Assembly: GCA_037442505.1 (NCBI GenBank)
Contig: JBBIPZ010000009.1
Location: forward strand, 8,618-72,617
From: Deltaproteobacteria bacterium
GTDB lineage: Bacteria > CALINM01
Direction of reading: 5' to 3'
DNA length: 64,000 bases
Every line of letters starts with the position of its first letter. The stretch's first letter is position 1. Under the pieces are notes generated by a model. The model had not been told where the DNA came from. It made no database searches and saw only the letters and a list, made by a program, of their open reading frames with translations. This document shows positions 1-9,117 of this stretch, piece after piece. The position numbers and the translations under genes are program-made.

Positions 1-216
1 ATGGTTTCCTAAGGTTAAAACATCAATATTGTAACTTAATAGTTCATCAGCAACTTTTTTCGTAATTCCAAATCCACTTGCGGAATTCTCTGCATTTGCT
101 ACAACAAATAAAATGCCATTTTCTTTAATTAGTTCTCGTGCCAGAACCTTAACAGCGGTTCTGCCTGCACGCCCAACAATATCACCTATAAAAGCAACCT
201 TAAAGCTATTTAGCAT
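1..216 (-). CDS. ymdB: YmdB/TIGR00282-family metallophosphoesterase, N-terminal part (runs off the window)
   Basis: Manual translation [19 protein letters not shown]...[14 protein letters not shown]...LTLGNH shows the GDIVG, NxEN and GNH motifs; overlaps the rny stop, its usual neighbour. Not in the ORF track. Confidence 0.92.
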   Translation of the reverse strand, partial: MLNSFKVAFIGDIVGRAGRTAVKVLARELIKENGILFVVANAENSASGFGITKKVADELLSYNIDVLTLGNH

Positions 217-1756
217 ACTCAACGGCTCTTGTCTCTCTCACAACTAAAACCTTTATTTGTCCTGGATAAGTTAGCTCACTTTCAATTCTTTTTGCGATGT
301 CGCGTGCCATAATATATGCCTGCTCATCTGTTACCTTAGAATTTTCAACAATGATACGCACTTCTCTACCTGCCTGAATCGCAAAAGACTTTTGGACACC
401 GGGAAAAGAGGAAGCAATCTTTTCCAGTTCTTGAATGCGTTTGATATAACTTTCTAATGTTTCTCTTCTTGCACCCGGTCTTGCCGCAGAAAGTGAATCG
501 GCAGCCTGAACAAGTGCAGCATAAACAGAATTAGCCTGTTCTTCTCCATGATGACTTGCAATTGCGTTAACAATCTTTGGGTTTTCATTATATTTTTTCA
601 AAATTTCAGCTCCAATGATGGCATGCGAACCTTCTATCTCGTGATCTACAGCTTTACCTATGTCGTGCAAAAGTCCTGCTCTCTTAGCCTGTTTAATAGA
701 CAGATTAAGTTCTGCAGCCATTATACCGCAGATATAAGCCACCTCTAAGGAGTGTTGCAAAACGTTCTGTCCATAGCTTGTGCGATATTTCAACGTTCCT
801 AAAAGTTTAACGATCTCAGGATGAACATTGTGTATGCCTGTATCAAAAATAGCCTTTTCTCCCGCTTCTTTTATAGAAAAATCGACATCTTGTTTACACT
901 TTTCGACTACCTCTTCAATCCTCGCCGGGTGAATTCTACCATCCTGTATTAATCTTTCTAATGCAAGCCTTGCAACTTCTCTTCTAACAGGATTGTGAGA
1001 AGATATTACTACAGCTTCAGGTGTATCGTCTATTATAACATCTACGCCTGTAGCAGCTTCAAAGGTGCGTATATTTCTACCTTCTCTACCAATGATACGT
1101 CCTTTCATTTCATCATTTGGCAACGCAACACTTGAAACAGTTTGTTCAGCCACCACTTCGCCAGATAACCTTTGAATAGCTGTTGAAATATACTCTTGAG
1201 CCTTTTTAGTAGCAGCATCTCTCAACTCTTCATCAATTTCTCTCAGGCGTTTTACACTTTCTATTTTTGCCTGTTCTTCAATCATATTAATAAGTTCTTG
1301 TTTTGCTTCTTCTGCAGTATAGTTTGAAATTTTTTCAAGCATCTTTTTCTGTTCCATCATCATATTATCAATAGCAGTCTTTTTTTCGGCAAGTTCTTTT
1401 TCGATACTCGCTATGGACTTTTCTCTTCTAAGTAGCTCAACTTCTCTTGAATCAATTAAAACACTTCTTTTTTCTAAACTCTCTTCTTTTTGTGCGAGTC
1501 TCCTCTCAATGTTTGCTAATTCTTCCTTTTTTTGTTTTAACTCTTTTTCAGCATCAATTTTCAGTTGTAACAGGTTATCTTTTACTTGTAGTTCTGCTTC
1601 TTTTTTTGCAATTTCTACCTGTTTTTTTGCCTCTTCAAGAACACGCTGACTTTCCGATTTTAGATCAAAAAGTCTTTTTTTCCAGTAAATATGATAGAAA
1701 ATAGCACCTAAAACTAATCCAAAAACCAATGATCCCAAAATTAATACAACTTCCAT
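206..1756 (-). CDS. rny: Ribonuclease Y
   Basis: N-terminal TM anchor, coiled coil, KH domain ([13 protein letters not shown]), HD domain (GLLHDIGKA), C-terminal [10 protein letters not shown]; SD AAGGAGG. Confidence 0.98.
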   Translation of the reverse strand: MEVVLILGSLVFGLVLGAIFYHIYWKKRLFDLKSESQRVLEEAKKQVEIAKKEAELQVKDNLLQLKIDAEKELKQKKEELANIERRLAQKEESLEKRSVLIDSREVELLRREKSIASIEKELAEKKTAIDNMMMEQKKMLEKISNYTAEEAKQELINMIEEQAKIESVKRLREIDEELRDAATKKAQEYISTAIQRLSGEVVAEQTVSSVALPNDEMKGRIIGREGRNIRTFEAATGVDVIIDDTPEAVVISSHNPVRREVARLALERLIQDGRIHPARIEEVVEKCKQDVDFSIKEAGEKAIFDTGIHNVHPEIVKLLGTLKYRTSYGQNVLQHSLEVAYICGIMAAELNLSIKQAKRAGLLHDIGKAVDHEIEGSHAIIGAEILKKYNENPKIVNAIASHHGEEQANSVYAALVQAADSLSAARPGARRETLESYIKRIQELEKIASSFPGVQKSFAIQAGREVRIIVENSKVTDEQAYIMARDIAKRIESELTYPGQIKVLVVRETRAVEYAK

Positions 1757-1812
1757 AAATAACCTCCTTTTATTTTAAACCTTCCTCTGCAGGGAAGGAG
1801 TTTGCAAAAAAA

Positions 1813-1994
1813 AAATCCCCAAAGTGCCGTGTGAGTAGTGGGCTTAGCTTGTAATGAAAAGTGGAATCCTTAAATAGTTTGCTTCAGGCTTCCTTCTCTA
1901 AGGAAGGCTTGCACACCACAAACCAGGGAAGGACTCCTTTCAACAAGGTGTTGGCTCAAGCCCTAAAACCCATCACGAACACCCCAGGGATTTT
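1813..1994 (-). ncRNA. ssrS: 6S RNA
   Basis: GC-richer, approx. 180-nt non-coding stretch with pairing ends (ATCCCTGGGGTGTTCGTG...CACGGCACTTTGGGGAT) in the canonical position downstream of zapA; ends approximate. Confidence 0.88.
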
Positions 1995-2001
1995 GTATTT
2001 A

Positions 2002-2273
2002 TTACCCTAAGACTATCGTGTTTAATTGCTCAATCTTACTTCCTAACTGCTCTCCTAATTCCTTTAATCTTTTTTCTAATCTAACATTTTCCTCAGCAAT
2101 ATTAAGTAAAGCTAAAGTCAACAATTGCAAAGGAGGAATTAAACTATACCGCTCTTGTAACTCTTGTACTTTTTTTTTACTAGTTCTTCTATCTTGCGCA
2201 CATCCTGTTCTTCAAGATCTGAAGTAACGTTAAATTTATTTCCTAATATTGTAATTTCATAAGAGCGGTTCAC
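2002..2273 (-). pseudogene. zapA: Cell division protein ZapA, frameshifted in an A9 tract (artefact, pseudogene or recoded)
   Basis: GTG start gives NRSYEITILGNKFNVTSDLEEQDVRKIEELVKK; the -1 frame continues VQELQERYSLIPPLQLLTLALLNIAEE...VLG*. Span is 272 nt, one short of 91 codons; lies between zapB and 6S RNA. Confidence 0.85.
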
Positions 2274-2514
2274 TATCTTTCCCTTCAAAAAACTTTGCTA
2301 TTTTGCCAATAACATTATCAATGTTCTTTACTGCTTCTTTTTTTTCAAGCTTGAGTCTTTCCACCTCGTCTAATAAACTTTTTATTTCTTTCTCCTTTCC
2401 TTCAATGCTCCTTTTTAAATTTAAATTTTCATTTTGCAGTGCTTGGTATTTATTAACAAGTAAATCTATTTTACTAACAAGTTCTTCTATCTTTTTTTCA
2501 AAATCCATAACCAT
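2257..2514 (-). CDS. zapB: Cell division protein ZapB-like coiled-coil protein
   Basis: 85-aa heptad-rich coiled coil immediately upstream of zapA. Confidence 0.75.
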   Translation of the reverse strand: MVMDFEKKIEELVSKIDLLVNKYQALQNENLNLKRSIEGKEKEIKSLLDEVERLKLEKKEAVKNIDNVIGKIAKFFEGKDSEPLL

Positions 2515-2667
2515 CCCTCAGCAATTTATCTTACACATTTAAGATATGTCATCTTAAGCATTAATGTCAAGAAAAAATGGAATATTAAAAAACAATTCTT
2601 AACACTTAACTTATTGTTTTTTATGAAATATTTTTAAATTAGATGCAAAGATTGGGGTGGAGTAAAA

Positions 2668-2835
2668 CTACTCATTATCTTTGTTATCAGTTTCAGATTC
2701 AACAACTGGTAATCTGTATTTTTCTTCAATCCACATACCCAGGTCTATAAGCCTGCACCTTTCTGAACAAAATGGTTTATATGGATTGTTCTCCCAAAAA
2801 GTTTCCTTTTTACACTGCGGACATTTAATAATCAT
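2668..2835 (-). CDS. yacG: DNA gyrase inhibitor YacG
   Basis: CPQCKK...PFCSERCRLIDLGMWIEEKY signature; start moved to ATG 2835. Confidence 0.93.
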   Translation of the reverse strand: MIIKCPQCKKETFWENNPYKPFCSERCRLIDLGMWIEEKYRLPVVESETDNKDNE

Positions 2836-2842
2836 AATTTCA

Positions 2843-2880
2843 TTATAATACCTTTGCAAAACCTTGCAAAGGTATTATAA
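2843..2880. repeat. Perfect 17-bp inverted repeat with 4-nt spacer over the yacG promoter
   Basis: TTATAATACCTTTGCAA-AACC-TTGCAAAGGTATTATAA, read directly. Confidence 0.95.
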
Positions 2881-2971
2881 GGGAAATGATTTATTTTTTT
2901 ACACATTAATAATTTCCACACATGGCTTTCGGATGTGTCATATAGTTAAGAGATCTTTTTCAAAGGTCTCT

Positions 2972-3412
2972 TTATATTATGCTTCCAACTGCACGACCAT
3001 AATCCTGACATGCACGATTTCCTTCGCCTGTTCCAACTTGAGCCTCTTTCAAAAGTAGATAGCCTAAATTAACCATTTTCATTCCATAAACATGTTCCAT
3101 AGTATCATATATGAGTTTGGGAGCTTCTCCACTATGTGTATGTGAGCCAAAAGCTCCAGCAACTTTGCCTGACAGATTTGCATTTTTTGCAAGAAACAGA
3201 AAAGTCTTCATATTTTCAGTCATATCTCGGTGGTAAGTTGGACAACCAAATAGATATGCATCATAACCTTCAAGTTCTTTAGGCGTTTTGATTTCGTTAA
3301 TCTTTCTAATCTCGACTTCGTTACCACTAAATCTAACTCCTTCAGCAATAAAATCTGCCATTGTTTTAGTTTTGCCAGTAACACTGAAATAAACAATAAG
3401 TACTTTACTCAT
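2972..3412 (-). CDS. Flavodoxin-domain protein
   Basis: YFSVTGKTKTMA FMN loop, FGCPTY, AGAFGS. Confidence 0.9.
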   Translation of the reverse strand: MSKVLIVYFSVTGKTKTMADFIAEGVRFSGNEVEIRKINEIKTPKELEGYDAYLFGCPTYHRDMTENMKTFLFLAKNANLSGKVAGAFGSHTHSGEAPKLIYDTMEHVYGMKMVNLGYLLLKEAQVGTGEGNRACQDYGRAVGSII

Positions 3413-3570
3413 ACATAATCTCCTTTTAGAATATTTTTAGTCTTATTTTAACATATATTTTAAAAAATGCAAATTTTATTCAGACAATCTCTTGTAAGAG
3501 AATAAGCAACAGAAAAATCATATTTCCAATTGTTTTCTTCCTTTGTAAAGGGGTAAAAGGTAGAATCTTT

Positions 3571-4026
3571 TTATAAGTTAAGGCCTTCAATGATTCTTAT
3601 GACCTTATTGGCAGTGTCTGAAACAAGGAGCTTAAGTTTTTCGGATAAAGTAAGAGAAAGATTAAAGTTATATCCTTTAGTTGCAACAACTATGCCTTTC
3701 ATTTCTTTTCCGTTAATTCTCAACAAGTCTAAAACTTGATTAATGTTTAGATCGTGTACAGTCTTAAAAGTGTTTTTCACGGAAGCCACTTCATCAAGTG
3801 AAAACTGCTCAATCTTTCCCTCAAGCCCATCTTCCATTGCATCTATGATTATAAAAAAATCCCCTTCCCTGAGGGCTTCATAAATATCCCAGGGAGAAGG
3901 GGAGGGGAGTGAAATGATTTCGGTATTTTTTAAGTTTATGTCTCTCTTTTTTATCTCTTCAACTACATGTAACCCAAAGGCATCATCTCCGAATAATGGA
4001 TTCCCTAAGCCTATAACCTTTATCAT
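3571..4026 (-). CDS. Hydrogenase maturation protease (HyaD/HybD family)
   Basis: GLGNPLFGDDAFG, IIDA and conserved His (TVHDL); last gene of the hydrogenase operon. Confidence 0.93.
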   Translation of the reverse strand: MIKVIGLGNPLFGDDAFGLHVVEEIKKRDINLKNTEIISLPSPSPWDIYEALREGDFFIIIDAMEDGLEGKIEQFSLDEVASVKNTFKTVHDLNINQVLDLLRINGKEMKGIVVATKGYNFNLSLTLSEKLKLLVSDTANKVIRIIEGLNL

Positions 4027-4029
4027 AAA

Positions 4030-4719
4030 CTACTTTTTTTTGATATATTTGTAGCCACTAAATACGATAGAAATATCACCCTCTTTCCAAAAAATCTCAC
4101 GCCATACCTCGATATAAATGTGTAAGATAACAAAGACAATCATAAACCATGCTATCAGATGATGAGCAAGTCTGATATTAGCCAAGTTTCCAAAAATGAG
4201 ATAAGCTATACTTCCCAATCCAGAAAAAAGATAATGTCCTCCGGGTATGGCAGTGTTAGATGCGTTTATCTGTGGTGATAACATTGCGAAACCAGTAATT
4301 AGCATTAGAGCTTTAAAAACGATTATGAATAAAAAAAGTCCCCAGGCATTTAAAGCATCCATTCTATCTCCTGACTCTGGTCTATCATTTGGGGCAAGAG
4401 TTATGTAATGTTTCAACATCTGGAATGCTTCTTTAAGCCTGGGCTTTAGGGGGAATATAAACTTGAAATAAGGGTTATGTCCGAAAAAGAAAAGGTATAT
4501 CCAGATCAGCAATACAATATCAAGAGTAATTGCACCAAGATAATGTATTAACCTTACATAACCCATGAAATAGCTATCCACAATCTCGCCTGTTTCAAAT
4601 ACAAAAAACGGATGAGCTATATAAAAACCTGTAATCGCACATGTAATGAATGCTAAAAACATTAACCAGTGATTTAGTCTATGTAAACCAGACATTCTAT
4701 AAACTCTGACGTGTTCCAT
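4030..4719 (-). CDS. Ni/Fe hydrogenase cytochrome b subunit
   Basis: RLNHW, RLIH, RLAHH and LHIY heme-ligand His motifs; TM helices; ATG 4719 follows AAGGAGG. Confidence 0.95.
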   Translation of the reverse strand: MEHVRVYRMSGLHRLNHWLMFLAFITCAITGFYIAHPFFVFETGEIVDSYFMGYVRLIHYLGAITLDIVLLIWIYLFFFGHNPYFKFIFPLKPRLKEAFQMLKHYITLAPNDRPESGDRMDALNAWGLFLFIIVFKALMLITGFAMLSPQINASNTAIPGGHYLFSGLGSIAYLIFGNLANIRLAHHLIAWFMIVFVILHIYIEVWREIFWKEGDISIVFSGYKYIKKK

Positions 4720-4721
4720 AT

Positions 4722-6368
4722 TTACCTCCTTACGACGTGTATTGCACATGCAAGGCAGGGATCAAATGAATGAACAGTTCTCAAAACTTCCAATGGTTTA
4801 TCCCCACTAAGACATGGGTTCCCTATCAAGCTCTGCTCGCAAGCACCTCTTTGACCTTTTGCGTCTCTTGGTGAGAAGTTCCATGTCGAAGGAACAATGC
4901 ATTGATAGTTATCAATTTTGTAGTTTTTAATACTGACCCAGTGTCCCAACGCCCCTCTTGGCGCTTCTATCAAACCGAATCCTGTAGCTTCTTTTGGCAT
5001 TTCGTACGGGGTAAAGGTCTCTTCATTAACCTTTAAATTTTCTACAAGTTCTCCAATCCACTTTTCAACATTATCAGCGATGTATTTCGTTTCGAGACAT
5101 CTTGCAGCAGTTCGTCCTAATGTGCCAAAAAGCGCTGATGCCGGTGCATTAAGCTTTTTAAGGGCAAAGTTGACTAAGCCTTGAATTTCTTTGTTTCCTG
5201 AAGCGTAAGCTACCAATACCCTTGATAACGGACCTACTTCCATTGGTTTGTCGTCATAACGAGGGGCCTTAACCCAACTGTATTTATCATTTTCTTTACA
5301 TGTGCCATCGTTGTTTAGCCCTGTGTAATTAGGTTCTGTAATACCGTTTTTGGGATGTAAACCTTTAGATTCGTCTGGATATTTATACCAGGAATGTTTT
5401 ACGTGTTCTGTAACTTTTTCTGGATCAAACGGATGGACTTTGCTTAAATCTCCATTTAAAATTACCCCAGCCGGGAAAAATAGGTTTTTTCTGTCTGCGT
5501 CATCAGACATTCTGAAATCACCGTACGATAAGTAGTTTTTATGCCCAGCTCCAACATTAGCAACTCCGTAATCTTTATAAACTTCGCCAGCCAGTAAAAG
5601 ATCTGGAACATAAGCTGTATCAACAAACTCTTTAAGTTTTTTAAAGCGAAAAATAACTTCTCCTAACCTCTTCGGGTCAAGCACATCTCTTACACAAGTA
5701 ACGCCTCCTACAACAAGTGTTTGGGTGTGAGGTTCTTTTCCACCAAGTATAGACATTATCTGTCCGCCATAACGTTGAACTTCCAAAGCATCTAAATAAT
5801 GTGAAACGATAAGCAAAACAGCTTCAGGTGGGACTTTATACGCAGGATGCCCCCAATACCCATTAGCAAATGGACCTAATTGTCCACTTTTAACCAAATT
5901 TTCTACCTTTTTCTTGACAGCTGCGAACTGTCCTCTTGATGCATTATAAGTTGACCCAACTGCATAAGCTAAGTCTTCGGCTTTTTTGGGGTCAGCTGAT
6001 AAAACTTTTGTCACATCTACCCAATCAAGACCATGTAAAATATAAAAATGAATGATGTGATCCTGAATGTACTGAGCAGCTTTAATCAAATTTCTAATAA
6101 TACGAGCATTTTTAGGGGGCAAAATTTTGATGGCGTTTTCAACGGCATGTATAGATGCATCATAATGAACGTGTGTGCAAACGCCACATATTCTTTGAGT
6201 AAATAAACCAGCATCACGCGGATCTCTATTTTTTAAAATAATTTCAAAGCCTCTAAAAAGAGTTCCTGACGAAAGTGCTTCTTTAACCTTACCACCTTCT
6301 ACTTCAACTTCAACACGCAAATGTCCTTCTATCCTTGTTATTGGGTCTATAACGGTTCTTTTAGCCAT
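4722..6368 (-). CDS. [NiFe] hydrogenase large subunit (group 1b-like)
   Basis: DPITRIEGH, L1 QRICGVCTHVH, L2 SFDPCLACAIH. Confidence 0.97.
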   Translation of the reverse strand: MAKRTVIDPITRIEGHLRVEVEVEGGKVKEALSSGTLFRGFEIILKNRDPRDAGLFTQRICGVCTHVHYDASIHAVENAIKILPPKNARIIRNLIKAAQYIQDHIIHFYILHGLDWVDVTKVLSADPKKAEDLAYAVGSTYNASRGQFAAVKKKVENLVKSGQLGPFANGYWGHPAYKVPPEAVLLIVSHYLDALEVQRYGGQIMSILGGKEPHTQTLVVGGVTCVRDVLDPKRLGEVIFRFKKLKEFVDTAYVPDLLLAGEVYKDYGVANVGAGHKNYLSYGDFRMSDDADRKNLFFPAGVILNGDLSKVHPFDPEKVTEHVKHSWYKYPDESKGLHPKNGITEPNYTGLNNDGTCKENDKYSWVKAPRYDDKPMEVGPLSRVLVAYASGNKEIQGLVNFALKKLNAPASALFGTLGRTAARCLETKYIADNVEKWIGELVENLKVNEETFTPYEMPKEATGFGLIEAPRGALGHWVSIKNYKIDNYQCIVPSTWNFSPRDAKGQRGACEQSLIGNPCLSGDKPLEVLRTVHSFDPCLACAIHVVRR

Positions 6369-6384
6369 TTATCTACCCTCCTTC

Positions 6385-7560
6385 CTATTCTTCTTTTTTA
6401 CAGCAAGTTTCATCTGTTGATGAAGTTTTGCCTTTAAAGTAACTATAAGCAGCGTGTATGCCCATTCCTGCTATTGCTAAACCAGCAAGTGTGTAACCAA
6501 CAGTATCTGCGGTCTTTTCGATACCTGGTAACATTCTTGCTTCTATTGGTTTTTCAAGTGGAGCCATTCTGTCCCAGAAAAATGGCTCGCTACAACCAAT
6601 GCAGCCATGTCCAGCACGGATTGGTGCACCTACGTCTTCATTCCAGCCAGGAACATTACAGTTGTTATAAGTTAAAGGTCCTTTGCATCCCATTTTATAG
6701 AGACAAAAGCCTTTCTTAGCAAACTCATCGCCCCAGCTCCTAACAAACTCTCCTGCGTCAAAATGAGCACGACGCGGGCATGTATCGTGAATGCGTTTAC
6801 CATAAGCAAATAATGGTCTTCCTCCCTTTGTCATTGGCACTTTTCCAAAGAGTATATAATAAAGAATCGTTCCTACAAGGCTTACTGCGTTGTAAGGACA
6901 GCCTGGGATGATAACGGAGTTAATGCCCAATGCTTCATTAATAGGCTTAGCTCCTGTTGGATTAGGATAGGAAGCCTGTGGTCCACCGTATGATGCGCAA
7001 TGTCCAACTGAAATAACCATCGCAGCGTCTTTGATAACCTCTTTTGCCCTTTCTAAACCTGTTACGGCATGTGGACCTAATCTTAAAAAGTTTCCACCCA
7101 TCGCTGTAGGTATAGAGCCTTCACAAATGCATACATATTTTCCTTTGTATTTGGTCATTGCATCTTTGAGGCTCTTTTCTGCAGCTTCTCCAGAAGGCGC
7201 CATTACTGTGTCATGATATTCAAGAGACAAATAGTCAAGAATAAGCGTAGCAATGTTTGGATTATTGGAGCGTAGCAATGATTCAGTACAACCGGTGCAT
7301 TCAGCAAAATGAAGCCATATAACAGGTATTCTTGCAGCAATTTCTGCAGCCCTCGCGACCTTTTTTTCGAATATTGGTGGCAGCATCATACTCGCACTTA
7401 AAAATGCAGACCATTTTAAAAAATCTCTTCTTTTCACCCCTTTAAACTCTAACCACTCAAAAAAACCCTTTTTTGATGTGAACTCAGAATCAAATTGTTC
7501 CAGTCTTTCATCACAACTTTTGAGTAACAAATTTAGTTCTTTTTTAATTTTTTCTTTCAT
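6385..7560 (-). CDS. [NiFe] hydrogenase small subunit, Tat-exported with C-terminal membrane anchor
   Basis: KRRDFLK Tat motif, ECTGCTES, GCP, HDTCPRR, CLYKMGCKGP, GHGCIGC, C-terminal TM with His. Confidence 0.97.
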   Translation of the reverse strand: MKEKIKKELNLLLKSCDERLEQFDSEFTSKKGFFEWLEFKGVKRRDFLKWSAFLSASMMLPPIFEKKVARAAEIAARIPVIWLHFAECTGCTESLLRSNNPNIATLILDYLSLEYHDTVMAPSGEAAEKSLKDAMTKYKGKYVCICEGSIPTAMGGNFLRLGPHAVTGLERAKEVIKDAAMVISVGHCASYGGPQASYPNPTGAKPINEALGINSVIIPGCPYNAVSLVGTILYYILFGKVPMTKGGRPLFAYGKRIHDTCPRRAHFDAGEFVRSWGDEFAKKGFCLYKMGCKGPLTYNNCNVPGWNEDVGAPIRAGHGCIGCSEPFFWDRMAPLEKPIEARMLPGIEKTADTVGYTLAGLAIAGMGIHAAYSYFKGKTSSTDETCCKKEE

Positions 7561-7769
7561 AAGATAACCTCCAAATTTAAAAGGTTAATACAATTTAAAC
7601 AACTGTTTTTTTAATTGTCAAGAAAAAAAACAAGATTTTAAAAATTTTATTTTTTTGTTATATTAAAATTATAATTTTATGAAATTACAAGACAAAACAA
7701 TGTTTGTTATCTGCTATGTATTATTTTTTCAGTTTAATTTTTTTTTAGTTTTGAATATAATTTACTTGA

Positions 7770-8603
7770 ATGTTAATTAAACTTCGTTATAAAAAATCGA
7801 TTGTTGATTTTCACACACATATTTTTCCTGAAACTTTATATGTAGCGATTAAAAACTGGTTTATAAATAATGTGAACTGGGATTTTTATTTCAAGGGGAG
7901 TTCTTTTGAAGCACTCGAATTTCTGAATAATATCCCTAATATCGAAAAGTTCGTAGTTTTTGGATATGCTCACAAGTCTGGTATATCAGCAAAATTGAAT
8001 CAATTTTATTTAAGTCTAAAAAATGTTTCAAAAAAGGTTATTCCTTTAGCAACAATACATCAGGATGATGATATTCTTAAAATTGCCAATGATGCGCTGG
8101 ACGCTGGTTTGATTGGTTTTAAGATACATTGTCAGGTGCAAAAGGTATCACCCTGTGATGAAAGGTTTGACCCACTATATAAAACTATTCAGGAAAGGGG
8201 AGGCTTTATCCTTTTTCATGCAGGAACTGCTCCATTTTCTTCTGAACATACAGGATTCAGGCATTTTATTAATTTTTTAAAAAAATATCCGAATGTCAAA
8301 GTTGTTGTAGCACATCTTGGAGCCTTTGAAACTGAGGAATTTTTTAAGGTGGCAATAGATTATGAAAATGTTTATCTCGATACATCTTATGCATTTATTG
8401 CAAATCCTACCAATAAAATAGAAGCTTCGATAGAGCTCATTGAGAAAGCAGCAAATAAAATATTTTTTGGTAGCGACTTTCCAGGTATCTGTCATTCATA
8501 CGAAGACGGAGTTAACGCGATACTTGATCTAAATCTTGATGAAAATCTTTTGGATAAAATTTTCTATCTTAACGCAAAAACATTTTTAGAAAATTATCCA
8601 TAA
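7770..8603 (+). CDS. Amidohydrolase family protein (amidohydro_2-like)
   Basis: DFHTH, GFKIH, FHAG, VAHLG, YLDTS and FGSDFP motifs. Confidence 0.88.
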   Translation: MLIKLRYKKSIVDFHTHIFPETLYVAIKNWFINNVNWDFYFKGSSFEALEFLNNIPNIEKFVVFGYAHKSGISAKLNQFYLSLKNVSKKVIPLATIHQDDDILKIANDALDAGLIGFKIHCQVQKVSPCDERFDPLYKTIQERGGFILFHAGTAPFSSEHTGFRHFINFLKKYPNVKVVVAHLGAFETEEFFKVAIDYENVYLDTSYAFIANPTNKIEASIELIEKAANKIFFGSDFPGICHSYEDGVNAILDLNLDENLLDKIFYLNAKTFLENYP

Positions 8604-8687
8604 ATTACAAACTTTAACACAGTGGCTGTATATGTGCCTCTGAGTAAGAGATTTTTTTCAAATACTCGAAATAGCAACAATCTAAAT

Positions 8688-8846
8688 TTAAAGTTTCTGA
8701 AACTCTGATTTGGAAGCGCCGCACATTGGACAAACCCAATTATCAGGTAATTCACTAAAAGGTGTTCCTGCTGGTATACCGTTTTCCGGATCGCCTTCCT
8801 TTTCGTCATAAATATAGTTACAAACTGTGCAAAGCCACTGTTCCAT
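8688..8846 (-). CDS. Rubredoxin (52 aa)
   Basis: Manual translation MEQWLCTVCNYIYDEKEGDPENGIPAGTPFSELPDNWVCPMCGASKSEFQKL; SD GGAGG; below the ORF-track cutoff. Confidence 0.97.
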   Translation of the reverse strand: MEQWLCTVCNYIYDEKEGDPENGIPAGTPFSELPDNWVCPMCGASKSEFQKL

Positions 8847-9117
8847 TTGTCACCTCCAGCAATCTTTACTAAATTATAACATAATATTTGCGTTAATCAA
8901 CATCACGCAGTTTAAAAAGTTTTTTAGTATAGACTTTTGAATAGCTTCAAAGTTCAAAAATCTTTTGTTCTTAATTAGCAATGTTTATTTTTATCTAAAA
9001 TTTATATCATTTTTTTTGCTGAATTTTCAGCTTTTGGCACGGTTGGTAGTGGTGATATTTGTCATTGCTTAAAGTTGTATCAAATGATATGCTAAAAAAA
9101 GATAATCGGAGAATTGT

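Noticed and set aside
2018-2227. 69-aa plus-strand ORF
   Set aside because: Antisense shadow of zapA; its change of character at the T9 run supports the frameshift.
2539-2557. TTAAGAT-N5-ATCTTAA palindrome near the zapB promoter
   Set aside because: 7-bp AT-rich arms are expected by chance; no second copy seen.
2864-3058. Plus-strand ORF starting MQRYY, like the track's yacG ORF
   Set aside because: The shared start is a by-product of the inverted repeat, not a gene duplication.
4722-4770. Possible selenocysteine ([NiFeSe]) hydrogenase
   Set aside because: The L2 motif has Cys codons (DPCLAC) and there is no in-frame TGA.
8594-8809. 71-aa minus-strand ORF from the track
   Set aside because: Alternative frame of the real rubredoxin gene at 8688-8846.
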